Shown in pieces: positions 26,401-39,700 of a stretch of DNA of 64,000 nucleotides. The stretch's first letter is position 1. Each line of letters begins with the position of its first letter. Under the pieces are notes generated by a model that saw only the letters and a program-made list of their open reading frames with translations, ran no database searches and was not told the origin of the DNA. The position numbers and the translations under genes are program-made. The stretch is from Hyphochytrium catenoides (taxonomy: Eukaryota; Protista; Hyphochytriomycota). The DNA is taken from NCBI GenBank assembly GCA_900088475.1, contig FLMG01002942.1:2510-66509 (forward strand), given 5' to 3'.

Positions 26401-29400
26401 TCTATCTATCGGCCATGCTCAAGCTTGGCTGGACGATTCGAAGAGGCACTTCCTTCTTGGTCGAACGAGTACTCTCTGCTTGCCGTTCTCTAGCCTTTTG
26501 TCTTGCAGCACAGGATGGTTCGCGCTCCCTCTCTCTCTCTCCCTTATACTAATCGCACATTTGATGATGGCTTATCTTTTACATTGTCGTCACTTATAAA
26601 AATATATATCATTACTCTCCCTGCGCTGTTCAAGCAAGCATAAAACGACTATAAATGGTATGATGACATTCCCTTTCCACGACTCAGTGGTCGTTCGCAT
26701 TACCTCTATAAAGCTTCTGACGAGTAAATGCATGAGAGAGAGAGATGTCCTGGTGGCATCATCATAGCAACGCTCATCAACGCTTAAAGACACAGTTGAA
26801 CACCCGTAGGGAATAGAGGAAAAAACATTCTGAGGCGCAGCTTAGAGACATGCTTAGATCGTACATCCCAGCTAGCGATAATCTCAAGGTCAAACACCAG
26901 AGAAAGAAGGCAGGTGCCACGTGGAGAGGGCACGACAGAACCTTTATAAGCCGTCGACCACTTTGTCCTCTTCTTACTGCTCGTCTGCATGGACAGTATC
27001 AACAAGCAGCATGCATGGAGAGCGGCACAGCCCGGAGCAAGTTTCCGTTCGCTCCTTGTAGCACAACCTCTAGATGCTTGTTTTTAATCTTCTCTTGCTA
27101 ATGCTGCATGTTCCGCCCACAAGGGTCGACGGGTACTTACTTTCCTTTCACCTCTTCCCGCCTGTATGTTTTTTGTTGTCTGATTCTTAGTTGTTGATGA
27201 GCACACAGAAGGACGACTTAGCTTTTTCTAGCGCTGTCCTACTATCCAACGAAGAAGAGGCAAGAGTGGATCATGAGAAGACAGTCAGTGAAAGGGCTCC
27301 TCCTCTCTTTTGATTGGCCTCGAAGCCTTTTGTACCATGTCAAGCAGATCGCTGGGCTATTGCTGAAGTGCCTTCTTCTACTGCTCCTTTACCCATCAGC
27401 GGTACTGGTGCTATTTCCTCTTGCTTGGTTGGCTCCATGGGTTTTCGCACTACTAGGTCATCATCTTTCCCCTCTCACTCCTCTATTTGCTCATTGGCTC
27501 TTTTTCTAGTTAAGAGGCTCGGGGAAGATGATAGGGAACGGCGCATGGTTTTCTTCTCCTTTGTACAGGCAGCCTCTTCTCTAGCCTTGTCATCTCAAGC
27601 ACCTCCTTATAGAGAGAGATGATGGCAGCTGCAACACCCGCCTTTCTCTTCTGATCATCACATTTAACGGACGGGACTATCCGCCGTACTGCCAGACATC
27701 TTTGTGCTCTGTCCCTTCTTCCTCTGCTCCCTCGCAAGCTCTGAACTAATCACATTTAGCAGACATTGTGTTAGTAGGGACTAGCGGACTGTGCGGCCTA
27801 ACTCGCAAGGGAACCACTGACCGTCACTCCTCTCTCCCGCAGTCAATGTTCAGCTTCATTACCTCTCTATCTTCGATCTTCTCATAGTTCACAGTCGCGA
27901 GGAGAGTAAAAGCTGCCACCAGGAAGAGGAGCAAGGAATCGAACTTTGCGGGGTGGTGACATCTGAGAGATCATAGATAAGAGAATGGCATCACGGGGCC
28001 ATCAATGTGATAAGAGAAGCAACTGCTACAGGGGGGGAATGCCTGAGGGAAGAAACGAGGCATTGAGCTTCTTCAGCCGCTGCGATTTAAAGAGAGCATG
28101 CAAGTGGGAAGAGACGGACAAGAGACAGCAGGAGAAGAGGGAGGGAAGAGGTTGAGCGCCGATGAACGATGATAAAATCCAGCAGAGAACGTGAGACAAG
28201 GGGCTGCTGGGACCATCAGCAACTTCAAGGACAAGAGCTTTGTTGGCTGCGGCCGAACTAGATTCTTTCCTGTCACAAAAGAAGGAAATGAACAAAAGAA
28301 GATTTTTTTAAAATGTGTCTCTTGACAGGTTCGGAACAATGTGGAAGCAGCGGGAGGAAGAAGACACTTTCCCGCAGGGAGGAGTTCCTTCTTTGCTCTA
28401 TCCTCTTCCTCTTCTAATTGGAACGGGGGTGCTGCTCCGCAGATTGTTTGACTAAAAGAACTCCTGCTCTGAAGGTGCGGCTCCCTCACTGAACCGTCCT
28501 TCGTTCTGAGCTGCGGGAGAGAAAAAGGAGGAAGGCAGATTCCGACTGGAAGGGTTAGCGTCATCATCTCCTTTCAATCGCTTTCCCAATCCTCCCGTCT
28601 CAGCTGTCTAGTGCAGCAGCATGCAATGTCGCAAGAGTTACGACAGCAGACCTTTTGAAAGAACCTTGTCTCGGCCACCGACAGGCTCACTTAGATCAGC
28701 ATCGTCTCTGCCGCTTCGAGAATCAGTCTTCCTGCTGCATCATTCTTAGGGTCAAGGCTATCATAATACCGCCACTATGAGACACTTTCGTCTCTTCTTC
28801 ATGAAATGACGAGAAGGCATAGGGTGGTGAGAGTAGCGATGGCTATCAGCAGCGGATGAGGTAATAAAAAGAAGAAAAGGCGGAGATGTGACTGCTGTCC
28901 GTTCTCTGGCTACCCATATCCCTTCTCTGGCTAATGTCCATCTCCACTCCTGCAGATACGAGAAGGGTAGATAACGTAACCATAGGTCGTAGCAATAGAG
29001 TCCTACCCGAGAGGTGACGGTGAGCTGCGACGATAGATCATTCCTGGAATTTCGTGAAGCGGCAACGGCCAAGCAATGCATGGGAGAATAGAGTGGTAGA
29101 GACGGGCGAAGACGGTAGGAAAGCTTCAAGTGAGACCAGACGGCGAGTGCAGCTGCAGCGCTCTTCTGCTCATGTTCTGCCTACAGATCTGCGGCACTGT
29201 GAGTCACTGGAAGCCATCATTGGCAAGCACCTAAATATCCAGTTACTTCTAGTAGGCTTCTAAGGCACACAAGCTTCGATAGTGAGGGCCAAGGAATCAG
29301 TATAAGGTAACCGCCACAAGGTCATGAGCAGAGATGCATGATCTCAAGGTTCTGTCGGTTGGTAGCAGCGCAGTGACAGAGCAAAGGCCTGTTCTTCCTT

Positions 29401-31859
29401 CTTCTCTTCGCCGAGGGTCAATGGAAAGAGGTGGTAGAGGTGGCATCCATGTACAAACTTCCGTGATGAAGTCAAAGAAGATCGGTGTATATGCAAGGCA
29501 GCCATAGAAGCCAAGAAATTTCCTTTGAACTGTAGATATCAAGGTAGCATAATAAACCAGTGATGGGAGGAAAGAGATGCGTAGAAAGTTCCGTCATCGG
29601 TCATAAGAGAAGAGACAGCCATCCTTCTTTTCTTGAAAAGTTTGCGGGAAGAAGAAGAGTGAGTTCCATAGTGACATAGGATACCCTGTCCTTCTTTCTT
29701 CTGAGAGAACATTAGTGCGTCTGGCCGTTCTCGTCGCACATCCTCCTGTCAGCTCAGAGCTTCATAGATAGTATTGCCTCTACCGCTATAATAAGAGCCT
29801 GCTGTTCCTTTTGATGGAGAAGAGATAATGGTCAAGAGGCTTACCTTTGATAATGAGGACGAGAGCTCAATAGCAGGGGCCCGACACTAGCATCGAGGGA
29901 AGACAGAAGAAGAAAGAAGCTCAACCTTCGCCACCATTTTTGATATTTCAGTTCCAAGAACACTAGACATGATCCGTATCTTTGTTCCTAAAGATAGCAC
30001 CCATTATCATCATCGTCTTTTGACAGCGGGCGCTGCTTCTCCTGCTTGGTTTCTGTTGGCCGTTTGACAGGAAGGAAGTAGTATAAGTGCACTCTCGCTA
30101 TGCCTGCCATGACAACATAGAAGAAACAAGACAGCCCATTCTTCTAGTCTGTGAACAAGAGCGACCAAAGAATAGTTGTTCCTGTTTTTTTGCGCTAGAG
30201 AAGCTATCTGACTGCTGCTTTCCTCCTCACTCCCACCACGGTCCTGCCCGTCCACCCGTCTAAGAAAACAACAAGAAGAGATAGGTAGTCCATAATAAAG
30301 AAGCGGAAGTGATGACAGTTCATGACAGTTACCTGATGATGGCTTGGTGGTGGTGCACCTTTTTCAAACAGAGGTGTATTGCCTTCGTCTCCTTCTTCAT
30401 CAATGGACGTCTCGACCTTCAGCAGTAGTGCCGTAGATCAATCATCAGAAGAACAACCCTCATTCACTGCTTTCTTATAAAAAGCTAGAAGAGGTAAGAA
30501 GAGAAGCGGAGGATAGATGATTTCCTCATGGTCAATGGCACTGCCAGCCAACTCCTGATGTTATAAAACAATAAGAAGACCTCACGAGCCCAAGAGCCGC
30601 TTCCCACAGACAGTGATAGACATAGGACAAGGCCGTTAGATGATGAACATCAGACGAGACAGAGTCGCTCCCCCTTCTTCTTCTCCTCTCTTTGGGTTAC
30701 CGAAGAGCCAGCGCAACACCAAAAGTCTCAGGTTTACAAACCGTTACACAGGCGGAAGGGAGCGAATAATGGATGGCCCTTAGGGGAGACACCCACCCAT
30801 CCCAGACTCCCCAATATATTTATAAGAGCCACTCCCCCACCCGCCTTCTGGCAGGACCGCAAGGTTCTATCTAGGACACAGAGGACAGGGGAGAGGCTCG
30901 CAGTCTGACAGAGTAAGAGACTAGCCACTTGGGAAGCCAGGAAATCTATAGAGTAAACGGTCAACACACAAGCCAAGCAAACAAGCACATCATCTTCCTT
31001 GGTCAGCAGCTTCTTCTTCTTCTTTCGCCTTTAGTTAGTTCAAGGCATTGACCCGCCTGTCGGGGCGATCCCTTGTTTGTAGGCCAAAGAAAAGCTTCCT
31101 CATCCTGCTCCGGACTGGTCAAAGGCTGATGTCCAGAATGTGGCGTGTCCCCAAAATTCTTGGGAAAGAAGGCGGAAGCTTGATATCACTATCTGGCTGG
31201 CGGTGGGATCTTGTTCTTTTATAAATAGTAGTTCTAATATAAATAGTAGTTCTAATAGCTCTTCTGGTCCTACAGGTAGTCCTAACCGGCCAATGTTTGG
31301 CCACTTCTCAGTGATGTGCGTACAGGTAGTGATGCGACTTATTTGGTATGGGCAACAGGCACGATAATAACAATGTACGGGATGATGTGCGGCAACAAGT
31401 AAGAAGAGGAGCGCTACTACTGGCCAATAGAGCAGACAAGAGAATGGTCATGATGCCTCAATCAACGATAAAAATCTATCAGCTCAGACCCCAGGTGGTG
31501 GCTGTGGCGCTTGCAACATTATCATCAGTGCCAATACCTTTTCCGGTTCCGATGACTGGTTGCTAGTGACTGACTGATGGTAGGAGGAGCAGTTAGCACT
31601 TCGCATGCATTCGGCGCTGCCCTCTTGGTTGTTCTCTTACTCTAATAATGAGGAGATTGACACAGGGTGTGATGCCAGCGCGAAACTGACCACACAGCTA
31701 CAGTCTGACCACACAGTGAGAAGAAGTTGCGATCTATATTCACCCTTTGTACGAGGAAGAGCTGGTTCAAGACAACTTGGGGGCTAAGACCAACCTATTG
31801 GCACTCCATCAACTTAGAAAGACTCAAGGGTAAGAAGAAGTAGGAATATGATCGCTCAC

Positions 31860-33260
31860 GTGTCGATTAGAGCTCTTCGTTCAACCCAGATACACTTACG
31901 AAGGGGAGGAGGAACTAAGAAGTCAGCTTTCTGCCACCTCGCCCCTTGCCTGATGCTTGGTTGAACTCGGCACCATCGTTGCATCGCTGCTAGATCTCCA
32001 TGTGAGTCTGTTAGAGTAATAAGAGTCCACTGCTGGTCTCTGTCTCCGTCGTCAATAGGCAACCCAATCCTAATAACCCGTAGCAAACAGACTAGCCGCG
32101 TCTAGTAATGGCCACACAGCCCTCGGCACCATGGGCTCAACCCATTTCGTTCTTCCACAGCCATCTTGTCTTCAATGCAGCTTGAACTTCTCTTTTTTGG
32201 CCGGTGTATCACAAAACCCGGCCATCCTCTTGACGTAAAAACGCAGCGCTAGCCATCTTCACTTGTCGCATCGTCACTTACCATGAACCCATCCTTCTCC
32301 CTACCTGCTTGCACCCAAAGTTCTTATCCGCAACGTCAACCAGGTAAGCATAGCAAACATCCTCGTCACGTCATCAGCACCCGCCCTAGCTACCCTTAAC
32401 CACCCAGTCATCTCTCCACCTCCCTGTCTTTGTCCTACATTTGAAGGTCAAGCGCTTGCTGAATGCGTCCTATGCATCTCACTGTTGCCCTTCTTCTGGT
32501 CCTTGCACTGGGTCGTCCGTGAAATAGGGAAGAGACCCCTACCCTTCCTGAATGGCGAACACCAATTGATTGACAAGGTGAAAGTTAGTTTGATAATCAG
32601 CAGTGCCCATTCTCTCTGGTTAAGTGATCCCAACTCCTTGTACTAAGGCCTTTTTGCCGGTGATCTCCGTTGTGTTGATAGAGTGTCAATATTGCTGGCT
32701 ACGCCGTCGTCTATTACTGCAGCAGATCACGGAGACAGGCGTGAAGGAGATCCTACAAGTGACACCTCTGCACTGTCGGGAGCCGCCGCCTCTTATGGCG
32801 ATAACCGGCTGCTGTTCATCACTCCTCCGCCCATACCCTAGTTTAAGAAGCGCACCTTCATCATTGGGGTGTCGCTCCTACTCCTCCTCTGACGTCGATC
32901 TTCTCCTTACACAGACACTACTTACTGACCCTTGTCACTCTGCTCTTCCAGTCCTCGTCGTTGATCTTTTCTACTCTCTGTGAAGCTGGTAGACTCTTCT
33001 CTGTCAAGGTTGCGTGTGTCCTCTGCCTCCTGCCGCCTGCTTGAACTTGACTCATCCAGAGCGTGTAGCGTTCCAAAAAGGCAGTTCTAGTGATGGTGCC
33101 AGATATTAGAAGCTGATGACGACGGGATTTAAGCCCTTAAGCCTTCCCGTTACGGTCAATATGATCTTCGCATCACCGCATGCACACAGAAGCAGGGGCG
33201 CCTAAGCTAGAGGATTGCCGACAAGGCCTAATCTTCATCAAAGTTCCTTGGCTTCAGTAA
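31860..33260 (-). mobile_element. Heavily deleted Ty3/Gypsy relic
   Basis: Weak motif traces in Gypsy order on the minus strand: gag-like KPRNFD (~33250), protease-like VIDDGVASNI (~32710), RT-like SINWCSP and CYAYLVDV, and RNase H-like LITLTDSH..MQRW. Confidence 0.4.
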
Positions 33261-33615
33261 AGTCTAGAAATAAGAAAGGGCAGTTGTTTGTGCTGCCCGT
33301 TGGGCCCGCTCCCATCTTATGCAGGTCTTGTGCCCGCCGCCGTCTACTTCCTCCTATTAGCTCACTACTCTAATATATGAAGACAACGCAAGCCGTGCTG
33401 CCAATGGATTCACTTCCCTGTCATAGCTCTTGGTGGTCTTCCAAAGACCGCCAAATGTCTCATTTCCCACAGTCGAGGAAAGGACTCACAATGGTGGTAC
33501 ATAGATTACTCTTCTTACATCCTGAGAAAAGGAAGAGAGATCACAGTAGACATGAAGCGATCTGCTCACCAAGCGGAGCTTCCCTGACGAACGGCCTGCT
33601 GGCTATATACTAACA

Positions 33616-34800
33616 TCAACAGAGTAGTAGATCTTGAATAGGCTCATGATGCTCTGTCTCTTTGCTCCTGTTTCTCACTAGTTCTTCTAGCCGCCTTCTC
33701 TCTTCCTCCATTTGCTTCTGTTCCGCTTTTGGCCCGGATGGCAAGCCTTCAGTGCCAGTCCAGCTGCTACCACTTGAGCAACTGCTAAAGTCGTCCTCAT
33801 CATCATGGTAGCGGTGGATAAGAGGGAGTAGAGACGATGAGAATGTAGAACTGTTCACGGTGGCGGCGGGTATGTACAAACACTTCTCTCCACCTCCGTC
33901 GTACAAAGTGGCCGGATAGTGTGGCTGGCTTTGTGGTGGAGAGGAAGAAGAAGAAGGGGAGCTCCCTCTGTCCGCGAGTCCAGCAGGAAAGGGACTTAGG
34001 GTGGCTGGAATCACCTTCGTTCCCAAGCGGGCAGGAGGAGATAATGGAAAGAATGCAGGGAGGAGATCGATGGGCGGGCCGTTGTTCTTGAAGATAAGTT
34101 GACGGTGTTGTCCTAGTGCTTGATTTTCTTTTTCTTGAACGTATTTGACACTGCCGAGAGGCTCACGCCCGCCCGGCGCTTCCTTGTTGGCTGAGTGACT
34201 GGAGGTCGTGGCGCCCGATAGCAGCGAAGCTCGTTGTTCTTCTTCTGTTGTCCTCGCTGCTTCCATGGCCAGCTCACAGAGAAGTTGTCTTTCTGCCATC
34301 GTCAGGCCAGTTTCTCGCTTCTGTCTCTCATCTTCAGCCAGTAGCTCCGTTGGCTCCCTTGCGACCTCTTCCTGCTGTCCCAGGAAGGCTCCATATAGTT
34401 GTTGAGCTTCTTCCTCCGGAGGCCTGTCGGGCATATTATTGACCGATAAGGAGCCACTACCGGGTGCCCAGGCTCTAAGCTTAGGAATACCGTCAAGATC
34501 AGCTTCCGTCGTCTTTCCAAGCCTTTCGGCTGGCCAAGACCGTCCTTCCCTTATAATCAGCAGCTGAGCCTGCAGGCATCCGATCGTGTGAACCATATCT
34601 CGGACCATCTCTAAGGTTTTTGCTAGGATGGACAACTGGCTGCGCTGGTCTCCATAGCCCAGGGCCGCCACCTGGACACGAAGGATGCGGAAAGCATCTG
34701 CGATGCTCTTCACGCGTCTTTTCTCCCTCGCGTTATGGATTGTGCGCTTCTTCCGGATGTACTCCGCATCGGTAGTGTCAAGACCTCGTTTCCGCGGCAT
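33616..34800 (-). CDS. bHLH transcription factor paralog D (subfamily II), 394 aa, single ORF
   Basis: MPRKR..KKRTIHNAREKRRVKSIADAFRILR..LGYGDQRSQLSILAKTLEMV followed by a zipper-like extension. Confidence 0.88.
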   Translation of the reverse strand: MPRKRGLDTTDAEYIRKKRTIHNAREKRRVKSIADAFRILRVQVAALGYGDQRSQLSILAKTLEMVRDMVHTIGCLQAQLLIIREGRSWPAERLGKTTEADLDGIPKLRAWAPGSGSLSVNNMPDRPPEEEAQQLYGAFLGQQEEVAREPTELLAEDERQKRETGLTMAERQLLCELAMEAARTTEEEQRASLLSGATTSSHSANKEAPGGREPLGSVKYVQEKENQALGQHRQLIFKNNGPPIDLLPAFFPLSPPARLGTKVIPATLSPFPAGLADRGSSPSSSSSPPQSQPHYPATLYDGGGEKCLYIPAATVNSSTFSSSLLPLIHRYHDDEDDFSSCSSGSSWTGTEGLPSGPKAEQKQMEEERRRLEELVRNRSKETEHHEPIQDLLLC

Positions 34801-35775
34801 CTTCCTTAGCTCTTGATCTACTCGTTCCTATCTTCCCTCTCCCGCTGTTCCCGTTTGTCAGTGCCAATGATTCCTTAGATGGACCAGGAAAGAAAGACAG
34901 CAGCGGCGGGTTATCTGCTTGCTTCTCTCTCCTCTATATCCTTACCCTAACGTGTCGCCGCCGCGCAACAACAGACAATTGCCGCTGGCTGTCAACAACG
35001 TCTTACCATTCCCAGTCCAAAGGCCCTTGTGATGCTAAGCTGCTAACTGACGCCTCTTACCGACTTCTACTACTGCTCCAAGAGCTGCAGAGGAGCGATC
35101 ATCTGTACGTCTTTCGTTCCCAAAGTCTCTTCCTCTTCCACCTCCTTCCTACCACTCTGTCTCACAATCACGTTCTTGCACACTATGCCTTCTTGACGGC
35201 TGTCCTCTCCGTCACATAGAACGACTCTCTTCCTCTCTTTGCCCTTCTTCTCTTCATATCCTCTCTGTCGCTCATTCCCTACTGTTGCCTCTCATCCCTT
35301 ATGTACCCTCCAGCACACAATCGAGTGCCGCCTGACCCAAATGAGTGGTGAGGCATATGCTGGAGCGGTAAAATCTAGAAGTTAAAAACCGGTAAACTGT
35401 CATGCGCCTCAATTTCTTCTCTCTTCTTCTTTCTAGGAAAACAGACGAGGATCCTCTCTTGACAACATTGTTCTTCTCAGGAAGGAAAAAGAAGCTAGAA
35501 AGGAAGAGGAAAAGGCTTGAAGAGTAGAGGGGAAAAGGAGAGAGGAGAAGAGAGAAATCTTAGCATAGGAAGAAGAGGTATGAAGGATCTTTTAGGAGGA
35601 GGACAGGAGGAAAAAAGAGGGAGAGACATAGAGGAGAGAGAAGAAGATGCGTCAGGAATGTAAAGATGGAGGGTCCCGTGCTAGAGAACAGGACAAGTGA
35701 GGGTGTGATAGGGTTGACACATCAACTTACTCATAAGATAAGACGACACAGAAGGAAAGCGAGACAGAGAAGATA

Positions 35776-35806
<31 letters not shown>

Positions 35807-36027
35807 ACAAGAGAGAGAGAGAGAGTCCAGTGCTACGCTGCTGGACGCTCAGAAGGAAGTGAGACAAAGAAGCCCCTCTTTGGCGACGCATGGCTGCCCC
35901 ACACTGCTCTCTTTAGCTCCCTTTGGAGAGGAGAAAAGAGAACAGAGCCGAGTAGTCAAGAAGAAGAACGGGGCAGTCGAAAAGGAGAGCAGCAGCTAAC
36001 AGCAGCAGGGCGCAAGAGAGGGGCTAA

Positions 36028-36715
36028 TGTAACGAGAGTGGTGGTGCAGACTCAGAGCAAGAAGGACCAAAAGAGAGGCAGATGTCGACTCTCAAGCTGG
36101 TTTGGCTTTCTTGTCCGTCAAAGAGAGTGGCACAGCCAAACAGTGACCGCACTCTCCTCAAGACAATCAGCACTTCCCTTTTGCCTTGCATGTGCTTTGG
36201 CCATCCGCTCCTCTTTCGGTCACATGTTCATGTTTCCATGTGTCCTGATCTGTCCCTAGGTCTTCTCTCTCTCCCCCCTCTCTCTCCTTTCTCCCACTCT
36301 GTTCTTTGTCCTTCCTTCACAAAAAGCACCAGCCGGGCCCTTCCTTCTCCATCAGCAATGATACGTTTGAGGCGGAGAGTTTTTACGCGGACGGTAGGAC
36401 GAAGAGAAGTCAAGCGGAAGAGTGACGAGGTACGGGGGAACCCAAAGATGGACGTCTCTCTCTTCTTTCCACGCGGGCGTCTCTCTATCTCATCTCTCTC
36501 TCTACGGGTCAATTCCGTCTTTCAACAATCATCTTCTTCCTCTCCAGGCCTCGCCTAGCTTCCTTCTGCGCACCCAGCTGCTCTTCTATCTCTCTCCTTT
36601 GTGGAACCAACAGTGCCCATTGCGGGACGCTATAGTTTTTGGATGTTACGAGGGTATGCCCAGCCCCGTTCTTTCTCTTAGTAAAAATATTAGTAGAGCA
36701 CTGTGACCGCTGTCA
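36028..36715 (+). mobile_element. LTR-like element preceded by a polypurine-tract-like sequence
   Basis: aagagaggggctaa|TGTAACGAGAGTGGTG ... ccgttcttt..tgaccgctgtCA; both ends resemble 21761-22307. Confidence 0.45.
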
Positions 36716-39700
36716 TATAAGGAGAGGACAAAGCTGAGGGAGCCATAATAAGGAAAAGAAGACTGACGACCATCGCCGTCTGTCTTCATGATCTCTAGGA
36801 GGGAGAACGAGGGACGGTACAGCGCCGTCGCTGGTGGATCAACAACTACCGATGACCAACAACGCCTCTTAGTCCTTCAACTGTTGCTCGTCTCCATCGC
36901 TGGTCAAGTGCTGTTGCCAAAGAAGAAGCGATAAGCAGCAGGGTAAAGCAAAGCTCACATTACCATCCAGTCGTTGAAGGGAATAAGTAAAGCACCACTA
37001 CTTCTATCCAGCTCGTCGTTCTGCAGCTTATTGCTTCTCACGGCTTCTGGCTCTATTTGCCTATGTATTTGCTGCTCTACGGCATCCCTGCGGCTGCTGC
37101 CTAAGAGTTGTGGAAGGCGGAGGACAACACTAACGATGAGTGGTTATCTACATCGAACTGCTGGAGAGAGCAATGATCACGCAAAGAAAGTAGGCAAATA
37201 GGTGCGATGGCTTAGACTGGAGCTCCAAGGAAATGTTTTCTTCCTCCGTGGTTTGGTCGCTCACTGCGGCACCTTCTTCTGCTCTTCAAGAGGAGTCAGC
37301 AGTTTGTTCCTTCTGTCATCATCAAGAGGAGTAGATCTATGGAAGGAGTAACCTGCCGTCTGCCAGTAGTGTTGGAAGTATATGATGGATTAGCAATAGC
37401 AAGAAGTAGCAAACTAACTGTTCAGGCACTGAGAGTAATGTTTTCCTTCCAATAAATGGACAATCAAGAGATTGAGATGGAGATCAAGGAGCACAGTGTG
37501 ACGATGATAGACGCATGCATCTTCTGCACAAAAGCTGCTCCTCTAGCACACGAGAAACTCTTAGCAGCAAGGACCGGATTAGGAGTTACTCTCAGCAGAC
37601 AGCTCAGTGGAATATGTTCTTACTATTGATGACTTGACAAGCCGTTTTCTCCGTTTACGGCTGCCTGTTCATCATGTAGCTCATCACCACTCTTAGAGAA
37701 GACGGCTTCCAAGATGCTATCGACCAGAGAAATCCAGGCTACGTTGTTGGTCAAAAGCAAGGGCCGAAGAATGGTGGTGACGAGAGAGAATGACCATGGA
37801 GGCTGCCTCCCTCTACCTTTCACCAGGTGTCGTGAAGATTGAGGAGTGAACATGCTGCAGACCAATGGGCGTTTGCTGATGAATAATTGCTAGCACCTTT
37901 TAAGTTTATAGAGTTTCTTGTTTTATAATAGGGAAGAATGAATAACATTATCTCCTGGCGACAATAGTCGTGACACGACGGAGATGAGACTGAAGAGGAG
38001 CTCTTCTTCTATCTGAATGAAGGAACCTCGTTTGGCCACCTCGACCCAGATGCGTCATCATCTCGTTCTCAAGGAAGCCAGACTGATGATAACAGTAGAT
38101 GGTCGATCAGCGTGACCCAGTAGCGATGGAGATCTTCAAAAAAGGAAGACTTTCCGACAAGGAGAATGCAGATAGGGATATATAGGACAGCGAGATATAC
38201 GGATAGAGAAGATAGGGCCAACTATAAAGGACCGCAGTTGAAGCGAAGATGAGGGAAGGAAGAAGACAGATATAGTGAGCAAGCTCAGAGGGAGGAGATG
38301 ACGACCATAGGAGGAGCGCCTAGCTACAGAGAGAGGGAGATAAAGCATCATAAGCACAATCATCACCAGAGCCCTAAGATTATAGGAAGTGGAGAGACTA
38401 GCGCAGAAGAAGGCGAGAAGAAAGAGTGGCCAGAAAGAGCCGGACAGCAGGCTCCCTGCATAACGTTCTCTTTACGACCTCGCACTTCTCAGCAGCAGAG
38501 GACGGTGTCGTGGTGGGACCCAAGATGGCTTACTGGCCACCAGAGCGCCATGATGCTGAAATGTGCGGCCGGCCCCGCTCCAGAAGAGTGAAGAGGTCAT
38601 GAACAAGCTATGCACTCAGTGCTTTCTAAAGGTGCTGGTTCAAATCACGTCCCGAGAGCATGGGCTGCTGCAGCTGCAGCTCCAGAGAAAGTGGAATCAG
38701 AACATTCTGGCAGTAGCATCATGTTATTACTGATGTCATGAGAGGGAACTGGATAGTTGCTGGAGTGCTTATGTCCACTCCGGCCATCGCAAAGCACTAT
38801 TGATCGCTCAAGAAGGATGTGTGACGTTCAGCTCCATCGACGCGCCTCTCCTACGCTCAGTGCTCCTCTGGCTCACAATCATTCACGGGTATGACGGCCG
38901 TCACATTCTTGGAAGCTCCTCAACACTCTTGCACTGTGTGCCAGCGCCTCTGCAGCAGCGGCCGTCAACCAGCGCAGCAGCTCTAACAAAATAAGGAGTC
39001 TAGCACGAGGGGCATTCCCCTAAAGGGCATTAGGTGACGCAGTTGAGAGAGGGACCATGACCAGACCAAAGTGGCGCAGTCAGCACAGGATCTCTTAGGG
39101 TGGCCGCCATCAGCATAGCTAGAGTAGTAGCGTTCCGTCCTCCTCCCACGTTCTGCCAGTTCTCAACCTCTTATTAGCTCCACTTGCTCCCCTTCTTTGC
39201 CCACTGCCTCTCCCCTCTTCTACTAGCCTCCAGGGCCCCTATCCTTCCTCCTCTCCTTGTAACTTCTGCTTACCGCTCCAGCACCATCATCCACAAAAAT
39301 AATGGCGGCCTCATACCTGCAAGGCGGATAGTAGGCCGGCAGCAAGAAGCTAGCCTTCTTAGATCCCTGGATATCAGCATCAGCATTGAGGAACAGAGTA
39401 ATAAGCGATGTTTTCGGACCCGCGTTTGCGCTCCTTTTCCAGCAGTCAGGACTCCCCTATCTTGTGCTTGATGGTCTCCTATCTGCCTAGCCGTCCTCCT
39501 CTTCTTCCTCTCCTATTACTCCAGCGGTACTAGTGCTAAGTAGCACTGCCCCTCAAACCCACCATCATGCCCAACCTCTCTTCTAACAATATTACATGGA
39601 TGCTAGCTGCTAAGATCTTCTCATCACCATGATCTTCTTCTCCACTATTTATCAGCAGCCTCCTGCAGCACTCCTTCCTCCTCCTCCTTTTCTCCTTGCT

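Noticed and set aside
30641-30992. TGATG...CATCA LTR-like segment with a TATA-like motif
   Set aside because: Only a 5-bp terminal match and no TSD.
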